Below, in pieces: positions 46,736 to 60,172 of a DNA stretch of 64,000 nucleotides. A program made the position numbers and the translations under genes. Each line of letters starts with the position of its first letter. The first letter of the stretch is position 1. The stretch is from Protoeuglena noctilucae. Taxonomy: Eukaryota. Location: positions 620,001-684,000 of the forward strand of contig OY253686.1 in assembly GCA_958009085.1 (NCBI GenBank), read 5' to 3'. Below the pieces are notes generated by a model. The model was not told the origin of the DNA, did not search any database, and saw only the letters and a program-made list of their open reading frames with translations.

Positions 46736-49700
46736 ATGGCATCGCAAGGGCCGGGCGGGGCCATCCACGCCGTCCCGAAGGACTCTGTACACAAGATATG
46801 CAGCGGCCAGGTCATCCTCGACCTCGCCACCGCGGTGAAGGCGAGCGCGCGGGCCACGCGCGAACGAGCGCGTTCGTGGATTCGTCGCGCGCCGCACACA
46901 TCGCTGACGTAAAGCCAGGGGGACAATCGAGCCGACGGTGTTGCTCCGCTGCTGCTGCCGCTGTCGTGTGCCTCGCTCTTGTGGCTTGAGGCCCCGCCCA
47001 TCCCGCTGCTCTGTTTCGAACAGCCCGCCGCCGACGCGAGGCTCTCAGCTGCTGGCGGTCTCGCTCGCGAACCGCAGGAACTCGTGGAAAACGCCTTGGA
47101 CGCGGGGGCGACCAGCGTGGAGGTCCGCCTGAAGGAGTACGGCGTGGACCTGGTCAGTGTGCCGCACTGCAGCTGCCCCACTGCGTGTGCCCTTTGCCCA
47201 CCCTGTCCCGGCACGGCAGCGGTCGATTTCGCTCATCCTCGCGCCTCTCCACGCCCCTCCCGTGCCTGTCTTGCATCAGAGACCTCCTGCACCCACGCCC
47301 TCGCCCGCCGTACCCCCCTGCCCAGATCGAGGTGGCGGACAACGGGACGGGCGTGGACCGGGGGAGCTTCGCCAGCCTGGCCGCCAAGCACCACACGAGC
47401 AAGATTCGCGACTTCGCCGACCTGGAGGCTCTGTCGACGTTTGGGTTCCGTGGGGAGGCGCTGTCGTCCCTGTGTGCCGTGGCAGCCGTGTCTGTGGTGA
47501 CGCGGACGGCGAGTGACGCCACGGGCACGCGGGTGGTGTACGACCGGGCGGGGGGGGTCGCGTCGACGGAGCCGGCGGCGAGGGCGGTCGGGACGACGGG
47601 TGAGGGCTCGCCAGGGCGGCATGCGCTGGCGGACACAGGGGCGTGCAGGGTGTGAGAACCGAGTGTAACGATGTTCTAATCATCGACTGCATCCCTGCAG
47701 TGGCTGTCGAGTCTCTGTTCGCGCCCCTGCCCGTCCGCCGCCAGGAGCTGGTGCGCAATGCCAAGCGCGAGTACACCCGGCTGCTGCAGGTGCTGCAGAG
47801 CTACGCCCTCGTGTGCGAGGTGAGTAACTCTGTTACAACTGCGTCGCTGTCACAAATGCGCGTCTCTATCCATGGGTGTTCGAATCTCAGGTCCCCGTCG
47901 CTGTCTTGTCAGGGCGTCCGCCTGCTCTGCACCAACCAGACAGGGACAGGCCCGCGGCAAACGGTCGTCAGCACTCTCAAGAGGCAGGGGCAGCGCCAGG
48001 CCATCGCGGCGGTGTTTGGGGCCAAGGCCGTGGCGGGGCTCATGCAGGCGAGGGGAGGGAGCATGTAGTGACATATGCAGCAGGTCTAGACTGGCAAGCA
48101 CCGGACATCTCATTAGTCTCACCAGGCTGATGTCCACCGAGCTTCTTCTACTGCCCATGTTCTCAGGTCGAGAAAGCAGTGGCTCTCGTTTCCGAAGACC
48201 CAGCGCCCGGCAAGAATCGCCCCGACCGCGCGACACCCGCGGCGGCGACGGAGGGCGCGGCCGAGGGGGCACCACAGACGCAAACGCACTCTCAGCCGCA
48301 ATCGCTGTCGCTGCCGTCCGCGGACGCTGCGGGGAGGCTGTCCCTGGGGTCGTTTGCTCTCTCTGCGGGGCAGACACAGGCAGCGGGGCCGGGGGCAGGG
48401 GAGGGGACGGCGCGGGGCGAAGGGGCGGGGCCGGGGGATGGGAGCGGCGCGGTTGCAAGCATCGCGCTTAGTCCCGCGCAAAGCGGATTGCCGCCTGCCC
48501 CGCTGAGCCTGGGCGCGGACCCTACCCGTGCCGTGATCCGCGGATGGGTGTCGCGTCCCGAGGCGGGATGTGGGCGCGCATCGGGGGACAGGCGAGGCTG
48601 CCAGTGCACTGCGCGGCGCTGTGCTGGTATAATATGATTACAACCCCACATGCAGACACTCGCTGCCCTAGCCACGTGCTAGCCATGTGCTCATGCGGCC
48701 ACCCAGCCACCCCTGTCGTGGCCCCCAGGCAGTTCTTCTACCTCAACGGCCGCCCCATCGACTTCCCCCGCGCGGCCAAGGTCGTCAACGAGGCCTTCCG
48801 CGCCCAGACGTCCCCCCTCGGCTCCACCGCTGCCCACAAACCCGCCGCCATCCTCGACATCGTGGTGGGGAGGGGCGCGGTAGACGTCAACGTCACACCG
48901 GACAAGCGGAAGGCGAGGGAATGCTATTAGAAGAGGAGATTATGGCAATGATGTATGCCCATTGTTCGCCTTTACTGCAACAGGCTACTGGTCCGGTTCC
49001 CTGTGTTGTGCTTCTCATGTTGGCGTGCTTGGAGTCACTGTCACGATGATTAAGGTTCGAGTCTCCCCAGGTTCTTCTCCACCACGAGGGCGCGATTCTA
49101 ACAGCCATGCGGGAGATGCTCGAGGAGGCGTGGGCGCCCCACCACAGCACGTACCGGGTGTCGGACGTGCTGTGCCCGTTGCAGGGGGGGCGGGGGAGGC
49201 GCAGCCGGGGGAGCATGGGAGGGGTGGAGAGCGAGGGGGTGGGGGATGAGGGGGAGGGTGGGGCTGGGGTTGGGGCGGAGCTGGGGGGAGGTGGGGTGGA
49301 TGTGAGTGAGAGAGGACAGGACTTGCCGGCAGACGTGGAAAGGAGGGAGGGTGAGGCGGCCAGGGGAGAAAATGGGACTCAAAGTGAGGGAGGCGACGAT
49401 GTTATGTCAGATCGCAACGACGAGGGGCTGCAGAGGACGGCACATGGAATCAGGGCTGAGGTTCGGGGCTGTGATGGGGGGGGAGATGAAGTAGGGCTAA
49501 GCGGGGCTGGGCGAGGCAAGCGACGAGCGGAGGGGGTGGCAGCGGCGGTGGCAGGGACGTCATCGGGGGGGGATGTAATGGGGTCCGGTCACTTGGCGTG
49601 GACGGGCAGGGGAGGGGGCGCAAGGGCTGCCAAGCGCGCAAGGGGGGGTGAGGGCGGGGGAGGGCGTGAGAGGGCGTTTATGCGGGCGTTTTTGGGTGGC

Positions 49701-52114
49701 AAGGGTGGGGAGCCAGCGCCAGCGACGAGAGAGGATGAGGGGGAGGTGGGAGATGACGATGGGGGTGGTGCGGTAGGGGAGAGGGTAGACGATGGAGGGG
49801 GCAACGAGGCTGGCGACGGGGAAGAGAATGGGGGAGGCAGTGAGGCTGGCGTAGGGACGGAGAGGGTGGTGTTGGCGACGCCGGAGGAGGCGACGGGGGA
49901 CGTTGACATCAGTGAGGTGCCGGTGGGTGGTGACGAGGGCGAGGGTGGGGGCGAGGATGGGGCGGGGGTGGTAGAGGAGATGCTGGGGGAGGGCAAGGGG
50001 GTCGAGGAAGCGCTGGCGATGGGCGTGGAGGTGATTGGCAGGTGGCAGGTGGCAGGCGGCAGGCGGCAGGTGGCAGGGCACGAGCGTGCGTGTGTTTGAA
50101 TCGCACCCCATCTGTGTTGCTTGGAGTCAAAAGCATCGACGTGACGCACCGCAACGCTGCTCTTCTTGTCGCAGTTGCCGCCCCCTTTTGAGGAAGGGCC
50201 TTTGGGAATTGGCGCAGGGGAGGGCGAGGATGCTGACATGCCAGTGGCAGCATGGGACCAGCCGCGTGTGCTGCCCTCTGGGGATGTGGAGGCGGCATTC
50301 GACGCAGAGAAGCTACGACAGCTCTACCAGCGGCTGGCGGAGGGGGCTGCGGCGCGGAGGGCGGCGGGGGAGGCAAGGCCGGTGGGTAGGGCTCGCGATG
50401 AGGACAGGGGCGGGGAAATGGAGCTGGGGGCGTTTGCGATGGGGCAAGGGGGTGCTGGGGCCGCGGGGGTGTCCCAGGCAAGGCCGGGTGAGGGGCGGGC
50501 GCGGCGGAGGGCGTTTGTGGCGGCGACGCTGGCGCTGGGCGGGGGTACGGGGGGGCCGAGCCAGGGCGGTGGCAGGGAGGGGGCGGAGAGGGCGAGGGAG
50601 GGGGATGCACCGCTGCGGGAGGGCCTGGACGAGGCTGGGCGGGAGCTGGACCGCGTGTTTGACAAGCGCGACTTCAGGTGAGTGCGTAGGTTGCGACACC
50701 GTTGCACAGCCGGTCTGTGTCTGTGGGTGCTGGGTAAGCTGACCTACTGCTTGGTAACCTGGATGCGTCGCATGTCATTCTCTTCCCTGACTATGAACCA
50801 TCCCGTCCTCTGCCCCTCCTCAGCCGCATGGACATCATCGGGCAGTTCAACCTGGGCTTCATCCTCTGCCGCCTGGGCCGCGACGTCTTCATCGTGGACC
50901 AGCACGCCAGCGACGAGAAGAGCACCTTCGAGCGACTGTGCGCCACCACCGCCATGACCAGGCGAGGGGGGGAGGCGGAGATGGTGGGAGATGGACATCT
51001 GTGTGTGCTCGCCTGTTGCAATGTCGGGCCATTGTTGTACTGTTCGATTGCACCGGCATGCAAGTAGCCAAGGGATGCATCATGCGCTCACCCCCGCCCA
51101 TCGTGTCTGCGCAGGCAAGCCCTCCTCCGTCCCCTGCCTCTGCCCCTTTCCCCCGCGGAGGAGGCCGTGGTGCGAGACGCCGCCCCCGTCTTTGAGGCCA
51201 ATGGCTTCGCCTTTTCAGACGACCCCGACACCGGGCGACTGATGCTGAGCGCCGTGCCAGTCAGCAAGGTGCGGAGAGGAGACGCGCCGCTGCCGGCGAC
51301 ACGAGGCGCTCACTGCTTTGCCTTTGCGATTGTTTGGCCTCTTGACTGGGACAGCGTGGGCGAGTCAGTGCCGCCTCCACTGCCATACTCGCGTCTACGG
51401 CCGGCACACCGGCGTCGGACTCCCCGCGAAGTACGAGTTTAACCGGCCGCTGTTCGCCGCCATCGCCCGCAATCGATCATTCCCATCGATCCAGCCATGT
51501 TCACCTCTGCAGGGGGTACAGCTGGGCCCGGAGGACGTGGTGGAGCTGGCGGCATTGGTGCGGGGGGGCGAGGGGGCAGCGCAGGGGTGGCGGTGGGGGG
51601 AGGGCACTGGGGGGAGGGGCCGTGTGCTGCGCCCCAGCCGCGTCCGGGCCATGCTGGCGTCGCGGGCGTGCAGGCGAGCTGGCTGCGTCACTTGCCCTGT
51701 GCCCTGCGCTGCACTGGGAGCCGTCACAGTGCACCCTGGCTGGCCCCTCTCATGCCGTCTGCTGTGTCCCGGACTGCGATGCGCATGACAAGCAGCCGTG
51801 TTTTTTCCCTTTCCTCCAGGTCCTCGGTGATGATCGGGAAGGCCCTTGACCGCCGTGCCATGCGACGCATCGTGGACCGATTGTCGGAGGTGAGGGGGTG
51901 GATGTGCAGAGACACACGCCGCGTCGACTGAGTAAACATACATGACTTTGTCTCAATCGTGCCGCCACGCACTCTTCGCTGGGCCACGCCGCGACCATGG
52001 ACACCCCACCTGCCCGCACTGCAGCTCGACAGTCCTTGGAACTGTCCCCACGGGCGGCCCACCATGCGGCACCTCTTCGCCTTGGCAGACGGGCGAGACG
52101 CAGATAACGAATAA
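46736..52114 (+). CDS. PMS1: MutL-alpha endonuclease subunit PMS1 (human PMS2 type), 14 exons
   Basis: [95 protein letters not shown] and [13 protein letters not shown]. Confidence 0.96.
50037..50078 (+). repeat. Six tandem copies of the 7-mer GGCAGG(T/C/G) at the start of a PMS1 intron
   Basis: ggcaggt ggcaggt ggcaggc ggcaggc ggcaggt ggcaggg, read directly from the sequence. Confidence 0.9.
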
Positions 52115-52321
52115 ATCGACCACTGAGGGTTCACGAGGACGGGGCTTTCATAGCTGCAACTGTGCAACTGTGTCGACTGCCGCGCTTGAACCGTTTCGCT
52201 TGGCAGTGCACAACCATGTCTCCTCACACACACAATGGCGCGGCCAGGCATTCGCCGGCCCCCGTAACAAAGCACGCAAGCGGGATCCGAGCGGGGTTGG
52301 CGAGGGCCGCATAGCAGGCAA

Positions 52322-55485
<3,164 letters not shown>

Positions 55486-56254
55486 CGCGTACGGACACCC
55501 TCCTTGCCGATGGCTCGATGCTCAGGCCGATACGGGGGTCGGCAGGCGAGAACGAGAGGGTAGCGCGCCAGGCGCGGAGCCCTCGGACGACGCGAGGCTG
55601 GTGCAGGCCCGTGGCGGTCGCTGAGCGAAGCAGGTGGCCTACGGGCTCTGCGACAGCTTTCTCGTAGCGTCTCCCAGCCACGTGACCAATGACGACGGCA
55701 AGGGCGGTGTTCTCATCCTTCCACATCACTTCTGACGCGGGCAAACCGTCTCCTTTGTGCTCCTGCGCTGGGCTCGCGGCCACGAGTCGCCAAAGTCGCA
55801 CCTGAGCGTGGTAGGCGCTGCAACCTCGTCGGGTGCCGCCGTGGATGGGCAACGTCCCCGCAGTCTCCGCAGTGAGCCCTCAGCCCTTCTGCGCGTGCGA
55901 CGATGTACAACTTGAACAAAGAGGTGACGGCAACATGCCCTCTGCCTGGACGGGGCCTGCTGCAGAGCGCAAAGGAGCTTTCTCCTTGAAAAACGGCTCT
56001 CCCCAGCGAGCGGGGTCGCCTGGAGCTTGTGCGCTCGCTTCAGCTGTGACTTTGTGCTCTTATCAACACCGGGAATCGAAGGGTCCGGGCTGTTTTGGCT
56101 CCCTTGCGCCGCACGCCTTCCCGCCCGAGAGTTGGGAAATTTTCGCTCGTGCGGCGCGCGGGAGACCGCTTTCGCGCGTTTCTCACATTTGCATAGCATC
56201 GTTGTACTAATCGTGTCCTCTGGGCGGGTGCCGGTCGCCGGCATTTTGAAGGGG

Positions 56255-58453
56255 ATGGCTCAACAGCCAGCCGGACTTTCTCGTCGACCGGGCCCCGGCA
56301 TGTTCTTAAAGTGCCGCCTGCACATTGCTGTCCGCCTCCCGCGACCGCAGGTGTCCCGCGTAGAGCGCGAGGTGGTCGACTTGCTGCGCAGCATGAACTC
56401 GGGCGAGGCACTCCCCCTCGCCCAGCCGGCCCCGACGCGCTTTTCGACCCAGCGCAAGAGCTCCTCCGGGCATTCACGTAGGGAAGCTCTCAGCGGCGAG
56501 GCACCCCCGGGGGACGAGGCGGGGGCCGCGCACGTCGGTGAGCCACCGTCTCTCGGCAGCGTCTCTCGACCGGCATGCCGGACGCTGACGCTGCTTCGCC
56601 TGTGGACCCCCGTACCGCCCGTTGCTGCTGCTCATGCAGGGTCTTCCGCAGAAGACCTGGACTCTTCGAAGGAGAACCTTGTTTGCTCGGAGGAGCTTTC
56701 TCCCTCGGACCAGATGCCCAGCAGACTGCCGACCCAGCACTCCATGCCCTTCACGGTGCTGCGGCAGCGCCAGCCCCGCCGTCACGCGTTGAGCGATGTC
56801 ACGAACGCGGAGGCACCCTCGTCGCCCTTCGGACAGCGCGGCGCGGGCGTGCTGCTGGAGATGGCCCGGGGGAGGGGGGCCGCGCAGGCTACGGAGGCTG
56901 GGAGGGGAGTCGGGAACGCTGCCGGCCCGAGGCCGATGGAGCGGTGGGGTGCTAAGCGCCCGCGGAGCACGGACACGGTGCTTTCAGAGGAGGACGACAC
57001 CGCCCCGAGTCCGCACGACACGGCCGCCAGGGTGGCAGCCACGACGGGTCCCCCCAGCGTGGCGCCTCCCGCCTCGCTGCGGGACACGGCTGCAAGCCCC
57101 ATGCGCCCGCGGGTGGCGGGGCCCTCAGGAGGGGGGAGCAAGATGACCCCGAAGACGCAGTGGAGGCGAGGGTGCAACGAGCGAGCCGCACGCTTCGGCT
57201 GACTGCAACTGCTTCTCAACCACCGTTGGCGTCCCACGCTGTATGCAGGGCGGAGTTGGCTGGGAGCCTGGAGTCAACGCTGCGGTTGCTGGAAGAGAGG
57301 GTGCCGACTCCCCAGCTGGACCAGATGGGGGACTTGCCGCTGGTGCGGTGGGTCCGTCTGGTCGGGGCGAACGCTTTGGCACGGGCAGCGGCCATGCAAG
57401 TGACGTTGAGGGGCATCGAGGAGGAAGAGCTCGCCCTCAGCAAGGCGGAGGCCGACATCGAGCCCGAGCTGTTGCCACTCTTAGCGGAGGCGTACCGTGA
57501 CACGCGGGAGGTGAGCGTGTGGCACCGCCTGTTTCCCGAGTCACACTCTCGTCGCGTTGATCATCGCCGCAACTCCTTTGTCGCCATCGTCCCCGCAGGT
57601 GCTGTCCCGGGAGCACACCCTCCTGCAGAGCACTCTGCGGGTGTTAGACTTTGTGGCGCCGCTCGCGAGGGACAGTGTGCCTCCAGAGGTGCGCGCGGCA
57701 CTCCTGCTTGGCGGCGGCAGGGTACCCGAGACCCTTGGGCCGAACGTGGGTGCGGAGGTCGTCAGGGCCGGGGCGCTGGCGAGGAATGTGATGGACGGGT
57801 TTGCCAGGCGTGCGCGCGACATTCGCGAGCAGTCGGGGGCCGGCGTTTCACGGTCGTCGCCTGGCACGGCCGAGGACCCTCCCAGGCGCCCGGAGGGCGG
57901 TGTGAGCCTGAGGACGACGGTGGAGGCTGCGGGGACCACGACGCCGGTCTTGGCTCCGGCTGAGCGCGCCCGGACGTGCGTTCGCGTGCGGGAGGCTACG
58001 GAGACGCCAGTGGCGGGCCAGGCGCACGTGCCGGCTGCCCTGGGTGGCGCGGCGGGGAACCTGACCATCGCGCGGCCTGTGGCACCGGTGCTATTCCCTG
58101 CCGTGGACCTGGCGTCGCTGATGCCCAAGCTGTACCCGGCGACGGGGCCAGGCACGGTCCAGGCGACGCCCGCCGCGCTGGCGGGGAACCTGAGGACTGT
58201 GCAGGGGGGAGCGGCGAGCGCGGCGTTGGACCCAGAGTCCGTCGCGGGCAAGCGACTCTCGTTCGGGTCGCCCTCGGGTCTGACACCGCTGGCGACGGGC
58301 CAGGCCGGGCAGGCGGTGACCGTGAAGGCAACGCCAGGGGCGGCCATCGGGCATGGGGCCAAAAGGCAGGCGCTGGCCACGCCGCCCACGGATCCTGTGG
58401 GGAGAGTGGGCCGTGCCCCCGCGGCCGATGGCAGCCAGGGCGGGGGGCGCTAA
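56255..58453 (+). CDS. Uncharacterised protein with KEN-box and D-box motifs, a central helical domain and disordered ends; start uncertain
   Basis: Splice-compatible exons 56351-57165, 57249-57510 and 57599-58453. Contains KEN and RHALSDVTN, plus several S/T-P sites. Confidence 0.55.
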
Positions 58454-58691
58454 CGATAGCTCATGCCGAGCTGTCTACGCTCCTTGAGAGGCCGGCTCAA
58501 AGCCGGATCGTTACATGTGACACCTCTCATGACGCACTTCAAGATGCACATTGCGCAGGATTGAATGCCCCATCCATGCGATTTCTTGTGTATCCTCGAG
58601 GTCTCAGAGGCTGGCGCCACTGCCGAGCCAAGACGCGATGTCCCACATAGCGTCTGCCGCCAGCTCTGCGAGGGCAAAACAGGAGAGGTCC

Positions 58692-59787
58692 TCAGTTAGC
58701 AACTGAGCCTGATCTTGCAAGAAACGCCGGCGTTGTGTCACAGCTGACGGCGGCTACCAGCAGCACCTCGCGCAGCACCTCACCGACAGCATCCTCCGTG
58801 CCCAAGCCAGCCGGTACGGTCACGTACCAGCCGAGCTCCATGTGCGACCTCCAGGAATCGCTGCCGGGCCCGTCAGTCAAGTCAGTGCTACCCGTCAGGC
58901 TTCTCCGCACCACCTCCTCAATCCCCTCGATGTTCGGAAGCCGCACTAGCAAGGGCTCGTCCATGGTCCACGGCCGGCCCCTGCGTTTCTCCAGATGTGG
59001 GGGAGAGGATGCTTGCACAATCCGTAGCAGAAAGGGTGGGGCGTATACGGGTTCCCCAGCGGCAAGAAGTCACCCCTGCCCGCCAGTTGGTTCCGTGTCT
59101 TCGTCGGACGATGCGCTCTCGGCCTCCAACACCACCACACGGCACTGGAGGCTGCCCGCCATCCGCACGCAGCGCCGGAACAGGTCCGGCATCGACATGT
59201 CCGCGTCCACCACCACCGAACGCCGTCGTCGGACGAGGCTGAGGGCGGCTTCCAGCACGCCACTGCAGATGCGGGTGGAAGGCGGGCTCGCGCATGTGTG
59301 CCGCACAGACATGCTGCACAGGCACGAGCAGGGCACGGCGTCACCTGCTAGGTGCGTCTCCCTCTGCCACGGCGGCCCCATCAGTTCCTCGCACGATAGG
59401 CCAGGCCAGGGACTCTCCGAGGCTCGAGGCCAGCGACGACGCCCTTGGCCCAGCAACGAGCACTACGTGTGGGCTGTCACGGGTGAGGTGCCGAGCCACG
59501 AGGGATAGAGGACCTGGCTGCTCCTCCGGGACTACGACCGCGGAATTCATGGCCACCCAAGCTCCACCCTGTGCCCATTCCTCCCTACACCATTCCTCAT
59601 CGTCCACCTCCGTGCTGTTGTCTAGGGATGCAAGATTGCGGGTCCCAGACGGCGCCTCCTCCATGGACGGCGCGGCCGAACGAACGCATTGCCAAGTACG
59701 AGAACTGCGCCTGCTGCTAGGTGCGCAAAAGAGCCTGAGGCCCGTCGCGACAGGCCCCACGGCGCGGGGCACGGCATTCCAGGCCAT
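58692..59787 (-). CDS. Putative organelle-targeted protein with a degenerate P-loop kinase-like (AAA_33-like) fold, 3 exons
   Basis: Transit-like N-terminus, then VVLVAGPRASSLASSLGESLAWPIV..RRSVVVDADMSMPDLFRRC..CRVVVLE. The first intron (59344-59263) is phase-consistent. A minus-strand TGTAA at 58511-58515 may be its poly(A) signal. Confidence 0.5.
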
Positions 59788-60172
59788 GCCGCCTTCCAGG
59801 GTTTCACGTCACGTCCGATCCGAGCGATGGCAGCAGTTCTGTGGACGATGTTCCTACGAGGAGCACCCAACAAGCCTTGTGCATCGACCCGGCGCTCGGT
59901 TTTCTGGCTAGGGTTTTGCTCAAAATCCTCGGCAGTCCCCAGCGCGTCGCGGGTCCGTCACGCATATCGACGCCTTTGTTCGGTCTCGCGGGGGATGTCC
60001 TGCGGGTCAACTCGGGCGGTTGGCCGTGACCAAGGAGGCCTTCGGCATGCGGTGACATGCACCCTTCCGTTCGTGCTCGTTTTTGGCGGCTCCTGGCTTG
60101 AGCGGCGGCGCCAGGCAGCAGTCTCTTCGGCGGACCGAGTCCCGGTCCTGGCTGCCGGAGGGAGGGGCGGGG

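Noticed and set aside
59909..59916. Telo-box-like TAGGGTTT in a divergent promoter
   Set aside because: It is a single 8-mer with no accompanying motif, and could be chance.
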